DNA of 7,998 nt from Octopus sinensis (GCF_006345805.1 NW_021828661.1:1-7998); one strand, 5' to 3'; shown: positions 1 to 7,470, counted from the first letter of the stretch. A program made the numbers and translations. Notes: generated from the letters alone by a model not told the origin.

Positions 1-578
1 CCCCTTGTGGGTAGTATAGAAATAGGTATTTCGTCTGTTGTTGCGTTCTGAGTTCAAATTCCGCCGAGGTCGACATTGCCTTTCATCCCTTCGGGGTCGA
101 TAAATTAAGTACCAGTTACGCACTGGGGTCGATGTAATTGACTTAATCCGTTTGTCTGTCCTTGTTTGTCCTCTTTGTGTTTAGCCCCTGTGGGTAGTAA
201 AGAAATAGGTATTTCGTCTGCCGCTACGTTCTGAGTTCAAATTCCTCCGCCGAGGTCGACTTTGCCTTTCATCCTTCGGGGTCGATAAATAGTACCACCT
301 AGTTACGCACTGGGGTCGATGAGATCGACTTAATCCGTTTGCCTGTACTTGTTTGTCCCCTCTGTGTTTAGCCCCTTGTGGGTAGTAAAGAAATAGGTAT
401 TTCGTCTGCCGTTACGTTCTGAGTTCATATTCCGCCGAGGTCCACTTTGCCTTTCATCCTTTCGGGGTCGATTAAATAAGTACCAGTTACGCACTGGGGT
501 CGATGTGATCAACTGTATCCGTTTGTCTGTTCTTGTTTGTCCCCCTCTGTTTAGCCCCTTGTGGGTAGTAAAGAAATA
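1..578 (+). mobile_element. Head-to-tail tandem array (~3.1 units, 183-188 bp) of the body of a tRNA-derived SINE; begins upstream of the window
   Basis: GTATTTCGTCTG recurs at 26, 209 and 397. Each unit has a Pol III B-box-like GAGTTCAAATTCC (GAGTTCATATTCC in unit 3), then GCCTTTCATCC-TTCGGGGTCGAT, and ends TTAGCCCC(T)TGTGGGTAGTAAAGAAATA. The same unit follows a tRNA-like head at 6334-6660. Confidence 0.9.
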
Positions 579-1109
579 TATATTATCGATCAGCAACGGT
601 TTAAGTAAAAAAACAACAAAAAAAAAAAAAAAAAAACAAGGGTCGACTTGAACGGAAATCGAACACTGGACGTCAAAAGAAAAAAAACAGCTGAAGAAAA
701 CAGCAAAGGATTTTTGTCATGTATTTTACTGAACGTTCAGAACATTCGAGAAGCGAATGCTGTAAATTGATTCGGGGATGAATGTATAGGAGAACGCTTG
801 GTTGTTTTGCCCGAGTCGTCCTCTGGGGATTATGGGGAGAGAGAGGGGGGGAGAGGGGGGAGAGAAAGAGAGAACGTAAATTAGAAAAACATTGAAACTG
901 CTTTGACTACCAGTTTCTCGATATAATTGCGAGTAAGGTCGTTGAAATCAGTTGAGATTTCGTCGTCCAAATTGCGAAAATATAAACAGGGAAGAAAGAG
1001 AATTGATGGCGTCTGTTGCAGTCAGCAGAATTATTATGAAAATAAAACCCGAGTGAATTAATTGATATTGCAATAGTTGGAGACGTTTGAGTTCGGTTCT
1101 GATCAAAGA

Positions 1110-1635
1110 ATACATACATACATACGTACGTACATACATATATAATATACATATATACATACACACATACACACACCCAAACACATACAACTACATACAA
1201 TACATACATACATACACACATACATACATACATACATACATACACACATACATACATACAATACATACACCACATACATGCATACATACATACACACATA
1301 CATACATACACTATACACACACATAGATACATACATACATACATACATACGTACATACATCAACATACATACAACATACATACAAACATACATACATACA
1401 TCACACAACATACATCATACATACATACACACATACATCATATATAATATACATCACACATACATACATACTACATACATACACACAACATATACATACA
1501 ACACACCTCTACATACATACATACACATACATCATACAAACATACATACTATATTCATACATACATACTACAGATATATATATATATACATAATATAATA
1601 TATATATATAATATATAGTGATACTTATATATATA

Positions 1636-1663
<28 letters not shown>
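1110..1663. repeat. Degenerate (TACA)n/(CA)n microsatellite grading into (TA)n
   Basis: Directly visible TACATACA/CACA runs to about 1570, then TA dinucleotide runs to 1663. Confidence 0.95.
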
Positions 1664-1666
<3 letters not shown>

Positions 1667-1834
1667 AATAAGAAAATGGAGAAATACATCGAAATCAAAT
1701 ATCATTACCAGATAATACTCAATCACATACTTTTAAACCACCACATAAGAGACTGTAGGGTTAAACATAAAAAGCAGAACAAATCAGTGTACATAAGGAA
1801 TGTACATAAAAGTTGTACATAAAAGATTAATATA

Positions 1835-1866
<32 letters not shown>

Positions 1867-2028
1867 ATATATATATATATACATATATAAAATCAAAGAG
1901 GCAAGAACATAAAGGGACAACAAAACATCCGGATAAACGATCCAAAGAAACAGGGACGGGTCATTCGAAGTTTTCTTTCCTCAGTCAAGCACCAGATTAT
2001 CCTCGCAATTTCAGCTGATTATTCTTGA
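1664..2028 (-). mobile_element. Terminal fragment of a (TA)n-abutting interspersed element, copy A (probably PLE-related), interrupted by (TA)n at ~1829-1890
   Basis: CAAAATAAGAAAATGGAGAAA at 1664-1684 is identical to 2175-2195, and 1706-1729 matches 2217-2240 at 23/24. Both copies start right after a (TA)n tract. Strand and class are inferred from the hammerhead half-site in copy B. Confidence 0.5.
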
Positions 2029-2044
2029 TACCACACACACCCAT

Positions 2045-2058
2045 ACATATATATATTA

Positions 2059-2095
<37 letters not shown>

Positions 2096-2128
2096 CTATA
2101 TATATATATATAATATATATATAATATA

Positions 2129-2172
<44 letters not shown>
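2045..2172. repeat. (TA)n microsatellite
   Basis: Directly visible TA run with few interruptions. Confidence 0.95.
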
Positions 2173-2174
<2 letters not shown>

Positions 2175-2177
<3 letters not shown>

Positions 2178-2540
2178 AATAAGAAAATGGAGAAACACAT
2201 CTTATCAATGATCAACTACCAGATAATACCCAATCACATAATTTATTAACCAACTACATATGAACATCAAGGACAAACATAATAGTACAGAACAAAACAA
2301 TGCACATCAATAAGTAATATGATACAATAAGTACAATACGTATAAATAAATAGAAATAAATATAAATATATACTACATCTTACAGCTGTTTCAGCCATGT
2401 AAATATGGGTGTCTCATTATGCTCATATTAGCCAGGTGTGATAAGTTAATATGTGGTTATAAATGAGACACTTACAAGTATATTGGATATATGTTATCCC
2501 ATGGTGGGTTGCACTCACAACCCCTATCTCAATTTGTAAA
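2175..2540 (-). mobile_element. Terminal fragment of a (TA)n-abutting element, copy B, with a hammerhead 3' half (PLE pseudo-LTR-like)
   Basis: Shares its terminus with 1664-1795 and is bounded by (TA)n on both sides. Minus strand 2396-2371 reads GGCTGAAACAGCTGTAAGATGTAGTA, i.e. GAAA + palindromic stem III (ACAGCTGT) + GUA triplet. Confidence 0.55.
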
Positions 2541-2555
2541 TATATATATATATCT

Positions 2556-2625
2556 ACGTAAAAACGGATTAAATGCTGCTGGGCATTTTGTCCGACGTGT
2601 TAATGATTCTGCCAGCTCGCTGCCT
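2556..2625 (-). mobile_element. Truncated, diverged 5' head of the same tRNA-SINE family as 6334-6660
   Basis: Reverse complement AGGCAGCGAGCTGGCAGAATCATTAACACGTCGGACAAAATGCCCAGCAGCATTT aligns with GGCGATGAGCTGGCAGAATCGTTAGCACGCCGGGCGAAATGCTTAGCTGTATTT at 6334-6387. It ends before the B box. Confidence 0.8.
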
Positions 2626-2626
2626 C

Positions 2627-3046
2627 AATAATAATAATAAAACAACAACAAAAATAATAATTGTCTTGGTATAAAAGATGGGCTGCAGCAAATATTCTGC
2701 TCAATACCACATATTTGCTTGTCAGTTGTTTGACCTTAACCAGTTGAGCATGTCCCTTAGTGGCTGACGATATGTGCATCTCTGATCACGAGCAGAAGTA
2801 GTGGGGGAGCATCATAGCCATGTGTCGAGAGGGATTCTTTGGGGTTTGAAACATGGCTGTTTCGTTCATCATCCTTAAACAATCCTTATTCAGGCACCCT
2901 TTGAATGGGATGGGCTACTCGACTTGAAGGAAATTCTAACTGGGCCCCACCTGCAAGGTCATGCACTGTTTATCTCGATATGAGGTCACCATGTCGCGTA
3001 GCACATATGGTTGTGATGCATGTGCCTGGTGCACCCTTGTCAGACG
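2627..3046 (-). mobile_element. Probable non-coding interspersed repeat fragment, unclassified, with (TTA)/(TTG) simple-repeat tail
   Basis: Complex, roughly GC-balanced ~385-bp block (2662-3046) with no recognisable ORF, sharply bounded by (TAA)/(CAA) repeats at 2627-2661 and (GAT)n from 3057. It resembles an abundant octopus repeat from memory only; strand is inferred from the tail. Confidence 0.45.
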
Positions 3047-3056
3047 TTTTCAGACG

Positions 3057-3577
3057 GTGATGATGATGATGATGATGAGGATGAAGATGGTGGTGGTGGT
3101 GATGCTGGTGGTGGTGATGATGATGATGATGGTGGTGGCGGCGGTGATGATGATGATGATGACGATGACGATGGTGGTGGTGGTTGTGGTGGTGGTGGTG
3201 GTGGTGGTGGCGGCGGTGATGATGATGATGATGATGACGATGATGATGATTATAATGATGATGATGATAGAGATGATGATGGCGATGATGAAGGTGATGC
3301 TGCTGCTGGCTGCTGTTGCTGATGACAACGACGACGACGATAACGATGATGATCACGATCATGATCATCATCATCGTCATCATCATCATCATCATCATCA
3401 TCATCAGCATCATCACCATCATCACCATCATCATCATCATCATCATCATCACCATTATCATCATCATCATCATCGTCATCATCATAATCATCATCATCAC
3501 GACGACCACGATGATGATTATGATGATGTCGATGATGATGATGACGATGATGATGATGATGATAATGGTGATGATGG

Positions 3578-3615
<38 letters not shown>

Positions 3616-3661
3616 GTGATGGTGATGATGATAGCTACGACGACGACGACGACGACGACGA
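3057..3661. repeat. Compound trinucleotide microsatellite (GAT/GGT)n - (CAT)n - (GAT/GAC)n
   Basis: Directly visible. Strand polarity switches near 3357-3360 and again near 3500-3510. Confidence 0.95.
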
Positions 3662-3994
3662 CACCTCAACCACACTTTACAATGTTCAACTATTTACTTG
3701 GTGTCTACCAGGGTTTGTTTCTCTTATTTATTCATCCATTTATTTATTTATTTACTATATTAATTCCTTATTTACTTATTTGATGCTGACTGTATTTTTT
3801 CCTTTTTTTTTCCTTTCATTTTTGCTATTTAATTTAGTTTTGTTTTGTTTTGTTTTGTTTTTGAATCGGGGTTTAAAATTGACTCCGCTTTTTTATGAGG
3901 TTGGCATTTTCTGGTTCGTAATTGGAGTTGAGCAGGTTTTCGTCTTTCTTCTCCCGTTTTTGATCTGTTTATAATTATTTGTGCCGAATGTATC

Positions 3995-4175
3995 TGCTGC
4001 TGCCATTTCTCCTCTCTCTGCGTCACTGCAGCCATTCCCCGTCTTGTGTATTTTGCTGCAGTCGCCGCCATGTTTGCGGTGTGTTGTCCTCGGCGGTTGC
4101 GTTGGAGAGAGAGAGACGATCGGTTGTAAATTAGGGACAACCCTCCGCCACCCGACACCCACCCGCCACCCGCAA
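3995..4175 (-). promoter_or_regulatory. Candidate CpG-rich regulatory island (YY1/Pho-like GCCAT x3, GAGA runs, GC-box-like motifs)
   Basis: GCCAT at 4002, 4031 and 4067, the last a strong GCCGCCATGTTT. GA/TC runs at ~4007-4019 and ~4104-4116. CCGCCACCC occurs twice within 4141-4172. CpG density is locally high. Confidence 0.3.
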
Positions 4176-4210
4176 TCACAGATAATCGGTATCTGTTGAG
4201 CTGAGAAATA

Positions 4211-4428
4211 GTTGTGGTTGTTGTTGTTCTTGTTGTTGTCGTTGTTGCTGATAATGATGATGCTAATGGTGATGATGATGATGATGATGAGGAGGAGGAG
4301 GAGGAGGAGGAGGAGGAGAACGAGGACAGTGGTGGCGGTGATGATGATGATGATGAAGGTGGTGGTGGTGGTGGTGGTGGTGGTGGTGTTACTGATGATG
4401 ATGGTGATGATGGTGATGATGATGATAG

Positions 4429-4461
<33 letters not shown>

Positions 4462-4675
4462 GGAGGAGGAGGAGGAGGAGGAGGAGGATGAGGATAAAGA
4501 CGATGATGATAGGAATACTGGCGATGCTGTTGCTGCTAATGACGAAGATGGTGACGGTGATGTTGTTGTTGTTGTAGCTATTAAAGATAATGATGACAGC
4601 GATGGTGATGGAGATGGTGACGATGATGAAGATGATGATGACGACGACGGCGCTGACGACGACGATGACGACGAC

Positions 4676-4707
<32 letters not shown>

Positions 4708-4713
4708 CGATGA
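4211..4713. repeat. Compound trinucleotide microsatellite (GTT/GAT/GAG/GGT/GAC)n
   Basis: Directly visible triplet runs that stay in register. Confidence 0.95.
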
Positions 4714-4741
4714 TTCTTATTTCTCTCTATCTGTTTTGCAG

Positions 4742-4947
4742 ATCCGGGTTCCCAAATGCAGTTCCTTTACGTCCATAACTGTGGATTCGAGTAATCCAGT
4801 TGGAACTGGTCAAACAGATTTGGATTATCTCAGCAGGTTTTTGCGATGCTTTAACACCCACCTCTTCCAACGACTGACCACAAACGATCGCCATTTTAGT
4901 TCCCCTACTCGAACTAAATTGTGGAAACTTCTCAATAATGGTTTGCG
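4742..4947 (+). other. Possible internal exon (unverified)
   Basis: Polypyrimidine tract plus acceptor TTTCTCTCTATCTGTTTTGCAG ending at 4741. Phase-0 frame is open (IRVPKCSSF...KLLNNGL). Donor-like CG|GTAAGA at 4947/4948 lies within the SINE head. The peptide is not recognised. Confidence 0.22.
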
Positions 4948-5090
4948 GTAAGAAGCTGGATTCCCAACCACGTGGTTCTGGGTTCAATCCCACAACTTGG
5001 TACCTTGGGGAAATGTCTTCTACTATAGCCTTGGGCCGACCAAAGTCTTGTGAGTAGATTTGGTAGACAGAAACTGGAAGAATCCCATAG
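4939..5090 (+). mobile_element. Second tRNA-derived SINE family (CORE-SINE-like), diverged copy
   Basis: A-box-like TGGTTTGCGGTA at 4939, B-box GGTTCAATCCC at 4981-4991, then ACCTTGGGGAAATGTCTT resembling the ACCTTGGGCAAGT start of the CORE domain. Runs into a (TA)n tail. Confidence 0.75.
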
Positions 5091-5116
5091 TATATATATA
5101 CTATATACATATATAC

Positions 5117-5193
<77 letters not shown>
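5091..5193. repeat. (TA)n microsatellite
   Basis: Directly visible. Confidence 0.95.
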
Positions 5194-5196
<3 letters not shown>

Positions 5197-5276
5197 GGTT
5201 GAAAAGGAACACACGAGTTGATATATATATGGAAAGAAGTCAAGTAGAAAATGCTAAAATAATTTTATAAAAAGCA

Positions 5277-5318
5277 TTTCAGTACCGGTTTCGGTCATTG
5301 AGATTTTTTCAACTGTAA
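5277..5318 (-). ncRNA. Minimal type I hammerhead ribozyme motif (PLE-type), U3-A8 core variant, stem II partly decayed
   Basis: Minus strand: TTACAG (stem I) TTGAAAA (core 3-9) AATC-TCAAT-GACC (stem II, 2 of 4 pairs intact) GAAA CCGG TA (palindromic stem III ACCGGT, GUA triplet) CTGAAA (stem I'). All elements occur in the canonical order and spacing. Confidence 0.65.
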
Positions 5319-5451
5319 GTATGGAAAACAATTAAATTTTGGGAAAATTAAAAGAAAAGTTTTTTTAAAAGAATATTTGCATAGTATTCAAATACAAGTG
5401 GCATTTTCCTTTTTTCTGCCTTTCTCTGTCTCTCTTGTTTACTCTTCTGGG

Positions 5452-5575
5452 TACATATATACATACATATATACACACACATATATATATACATACATAT
5501 ATATATATACACACAAACACACATATATATACATAGATATATACACATACATACATATACATATATGTATACATA
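5452..5575. repeat. Degenerate (TA)/(CA)/(TACA) microsatellite
   Basis: Directly visible. A similar tract lies at 5721-5780. Confidence 0.9.
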
Positions 5576-5837
5576 GTTAATCCAAACAAGAAAGCACAAA
5601 AAAACACAACAACGCGAGGACGTGGAACAAATATAGTATTTTTGGACGCTCAGGAAAGAAGGAAAGATCCAGAGAAGAGAAGACAGAGGGAAAAAAATCG
5701 CCAACGGTACACACGAGGTCACATATACATACATACACACACACATATATATACATACATATATAATACATATATATATATTTGTATAAGCGCGCGCACA
5801 TTCACATACGAGAAGAAAAAGAACAACAAAAAACAAG

Positions 5838-5896
5838 GAAGAAGAAGAAGAAGAAGAAGAAGAAGAAGAAGAAGAAGAAGAAGAAGAAGAAGAAGA
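5838..5896. repeat. Perfect (GAA)n microsatellite
   Basis: Directly visible uninterrupted GAA run. Confidence 0.97.
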
Positions 5897-6333
5897 CTGG
5901 AAGTTATAAAAATATATGAAAGAGGTGACATCAGGCCAAAACAAAACAAAAAACAACAAAAAAGACAAAGCAAAACGTCAGTCAGGAATGAAGGCAACAG
6001 TGTGAACGATTATGCGAGAGAGAAAAAAATATGAAGAAAATGGTAAAGCAGAACCAGCTTCCGGTTGACAACGAAAACGATATGGAAACGGTGTTTATGA
6101 GATATTCGTCTTTTGTCTAAAAGAAAAAATAGGAAAAGCCACGAAGCATCAAGGAATTTAAAATTTAAATCTTTGAGTGTCTTCTCTGCGATTAAAGAAA
6201 GGAATTTCTCAAAAGGAAATGAGATTTCAGTAGGAACTGATGAGAATTGTTCCTGCTTGTCGGTTCTCTGCTAGTTTTGATTGGTTTGACAGATTCAAAA
6301 GTCCGGACAGGAATTTCTAATATGATATATAAG

Positions 6334-6659
6334 GGCGATGAGCTGGCAGAATCGTTAGCACGCCGGGCGAAATGCTTAGCTGTATTTCGTCTGCCGCTAC
6401 GTTCTGAGTTCAAATTCCGCCGAGGTCGACTTTGCCTTTCATCCTTTCGGGGTCGATAAATTAAGTACCAGTTACGAACTGGGGTCGATGTAATCGACTT
6501 AATACCTATGTCTGTCCTTGTTTGTTCCCTCTGTGTTTAGCCCCTTGTGGGTAATAAAGAAATATGTATTTCGTCTGCCGCCACGTTCTGAGTTCAAATT
6601 CCACCGAGGTCGACTTTGCCTTTCATCCCTTCGGGGTCGATAAATTAAGTACCAGTTGC

Positions 6660-6660
<1 letters not shown>
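6334..6660 (+). mobile_element. tRNA-derived SINE with intact head plus ~1.5 tandem body units
   Basis: A-box-like TGGCAGAATCGTT from 6344 and B-box GAGTTCAAATTCC at 6406-6418. Unit 1 spans 6382-6565 (184 bp). Unit 2 restarts GTATTTCGTCTG at 6566 and is cut at ~6660 by (TA)n at 6662-6691. Confidence 0.9.
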
Positions 6661-6693
<33 letters not shown>

Positions 6694-6721
6694 AAAAAAT
6701 ATAAGTTACAAACAAAAACAC

Positions 6722-7253
6722 CCTTTATCTTCTTAGCAACCACGTTTTGTCTTAAAAGATCACAAACCCAACTTCTTTAATAACCCATCTCTCCGTCTCA
6801 TGTGCCTTTTTAGATCTGACATAGACATACTTAGCAAAAACATTCTGGATAAGTACTTTCCCTCATTAACGAAAATACTTAAGCTTAATCTATGCTCTAA
6901 CTCTCTCCAAGTTGTAGACTGGTTCAATTCTATCGATAATAAATTAAGCACAGAATTCATACAGTTCAATATTTGCAGCTTTTATTCCCCTATCAATCCT
7001 ATCATCCTAAACAGAGCACAATGGTTCGCATATAATAAGGCTGGACTAACCCGCGATGAAATTAAGGTTGTTCTAGCGGCAAGAAAATCCATCATCCGAT
7101 TCGATAACAAAGCTTGGATTCGTAGGGATCGACCAGATTGCTTCGATATCCCCATGGGACGTAGCGACTCAGCACACGTTTCAGATTTGGTCGGAATTTA
7201 CATCCTATGAGAACTAGCAGACCAAATTCCCTTATATACTCGGTGGTTTATAT
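6722..7253 (+). pseudogene. Decayed Penelope-like retroelement reverse transcriptase fragment
   Basis: In the frame of ORF 6800-7210, extended upstream: QPRFVLKDHKPNFFNNPSLRLM...SKNILD...VVDWFNSI...FIQFNICSFYSPI (motif A, cf. FDIxxFYPSI)...FDIPMGRSDSAHVSDLVGIYIL (motif B, cf. FDVTMGSxDGAEVCELVGLYIL). After TGA at 7208 and a 1-nt shift it reads TKFPYILGGLY (7221-7253), the expected lead-in to YRDD. Stops at 6734 and 7208; motif A Asp reads Asn. Confidence 0.88.
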
Positions 7254-7364
7254 GTATGTTTACATTGTATGTTTTAAAAGAAATCTTACATTGCACAACG
7301 ATGAAACAATTGTAAATGATGTACTAAAAATATTTGCTAATTGCATTCTTATTATAATTGGCAT

Positions 7365-7470
7365 TGTGTGTGTATGTGTTTGTGCGTGTGTGTGTGTTTG
7401 TGTGCATACACACACTCACAAATGCACTCCCAAAAGCATACACACACACATACACACATACACACACACA
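7365..7470. repeat. (TG)n followed by (CA)n, an inverted dinucleotide microsatellite pair
   Basis: TG-rich to ~7404 and CA-rich from ~7405, centred on TGTGCATACA. Confidence 0.9.

Noticed and set aside
241-302. Small indels specific to array unit 2 (AATTCCTCCGCC, GTACCACCTAGT)
   Set aside because: Short slippage-type changes or read-consensus errors; no pattern that implies function.
1-578. CRISPR array or hammerhead-bearing retrozyme satellite
   Set aside because: Whole units are repeated with no unique spacers, the context is eukaryotic, and no CUGANGA...GAAA core was found on either strand of the unit.
907-1598. MYVC/HTYI-repeat ORFs (also 1723-2249, 5348-6034 and 7207-7526)
   Set aside because: Artefacts of (TACA)n, (TA)n, (CA)n and (GAA)n repeats.
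1950-2020. Hammerhead-like words on the minus strand (CTGAGGA-AAG-AAAA-CTT-CGAAT and GAAATTGCGAGGATA)
   Set aside because: The first lacks GAAA in register and a stem I partner, and the second has no upstream core in this copy. Not supportable without a family consensus.
2961-3974. 337-aa ORF and overlapping poly-His/Asp/Met/Gly ORFs
   Set aside because: These are translations of GAT/GGT/CAT triplet repeats, which lack stops in several frames on both strands. No domain or coding signal.
4064-4129. Plus-strand Kozak GCCGCCATG at 4070
   Set aside because: It opens only 19 codons (MFAVCCPRRLRWRERDDRL) before TAA, and is better explained as the reverse strand of a YY1-like motif.
4214-4741. Acidic Asp/Glu/Gly-rich protein (aspein-like biomineral protein idea)
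   Set aside because: No ATG start or signal peptide, overlapping frames are also open, and codon use is pure microsatellite. Similar tracts occur elsewhere in the window.
6334-6425. Functional tRNA gene (also 4939-4995)
   Set aside because: A and B boxes are present but no cloverleaf could be built, and both run into SINE body sequence.
7208-7210. In-frame TGA in the RT as selenocysteine readthrough (reported for some Naiad PLEs)
   Set aside because: The fragment also has a TAG, a frameshift and a catalytic Asp-to-Asn change, so ordinary decay is more parsimonious. No SECIS was recognised.
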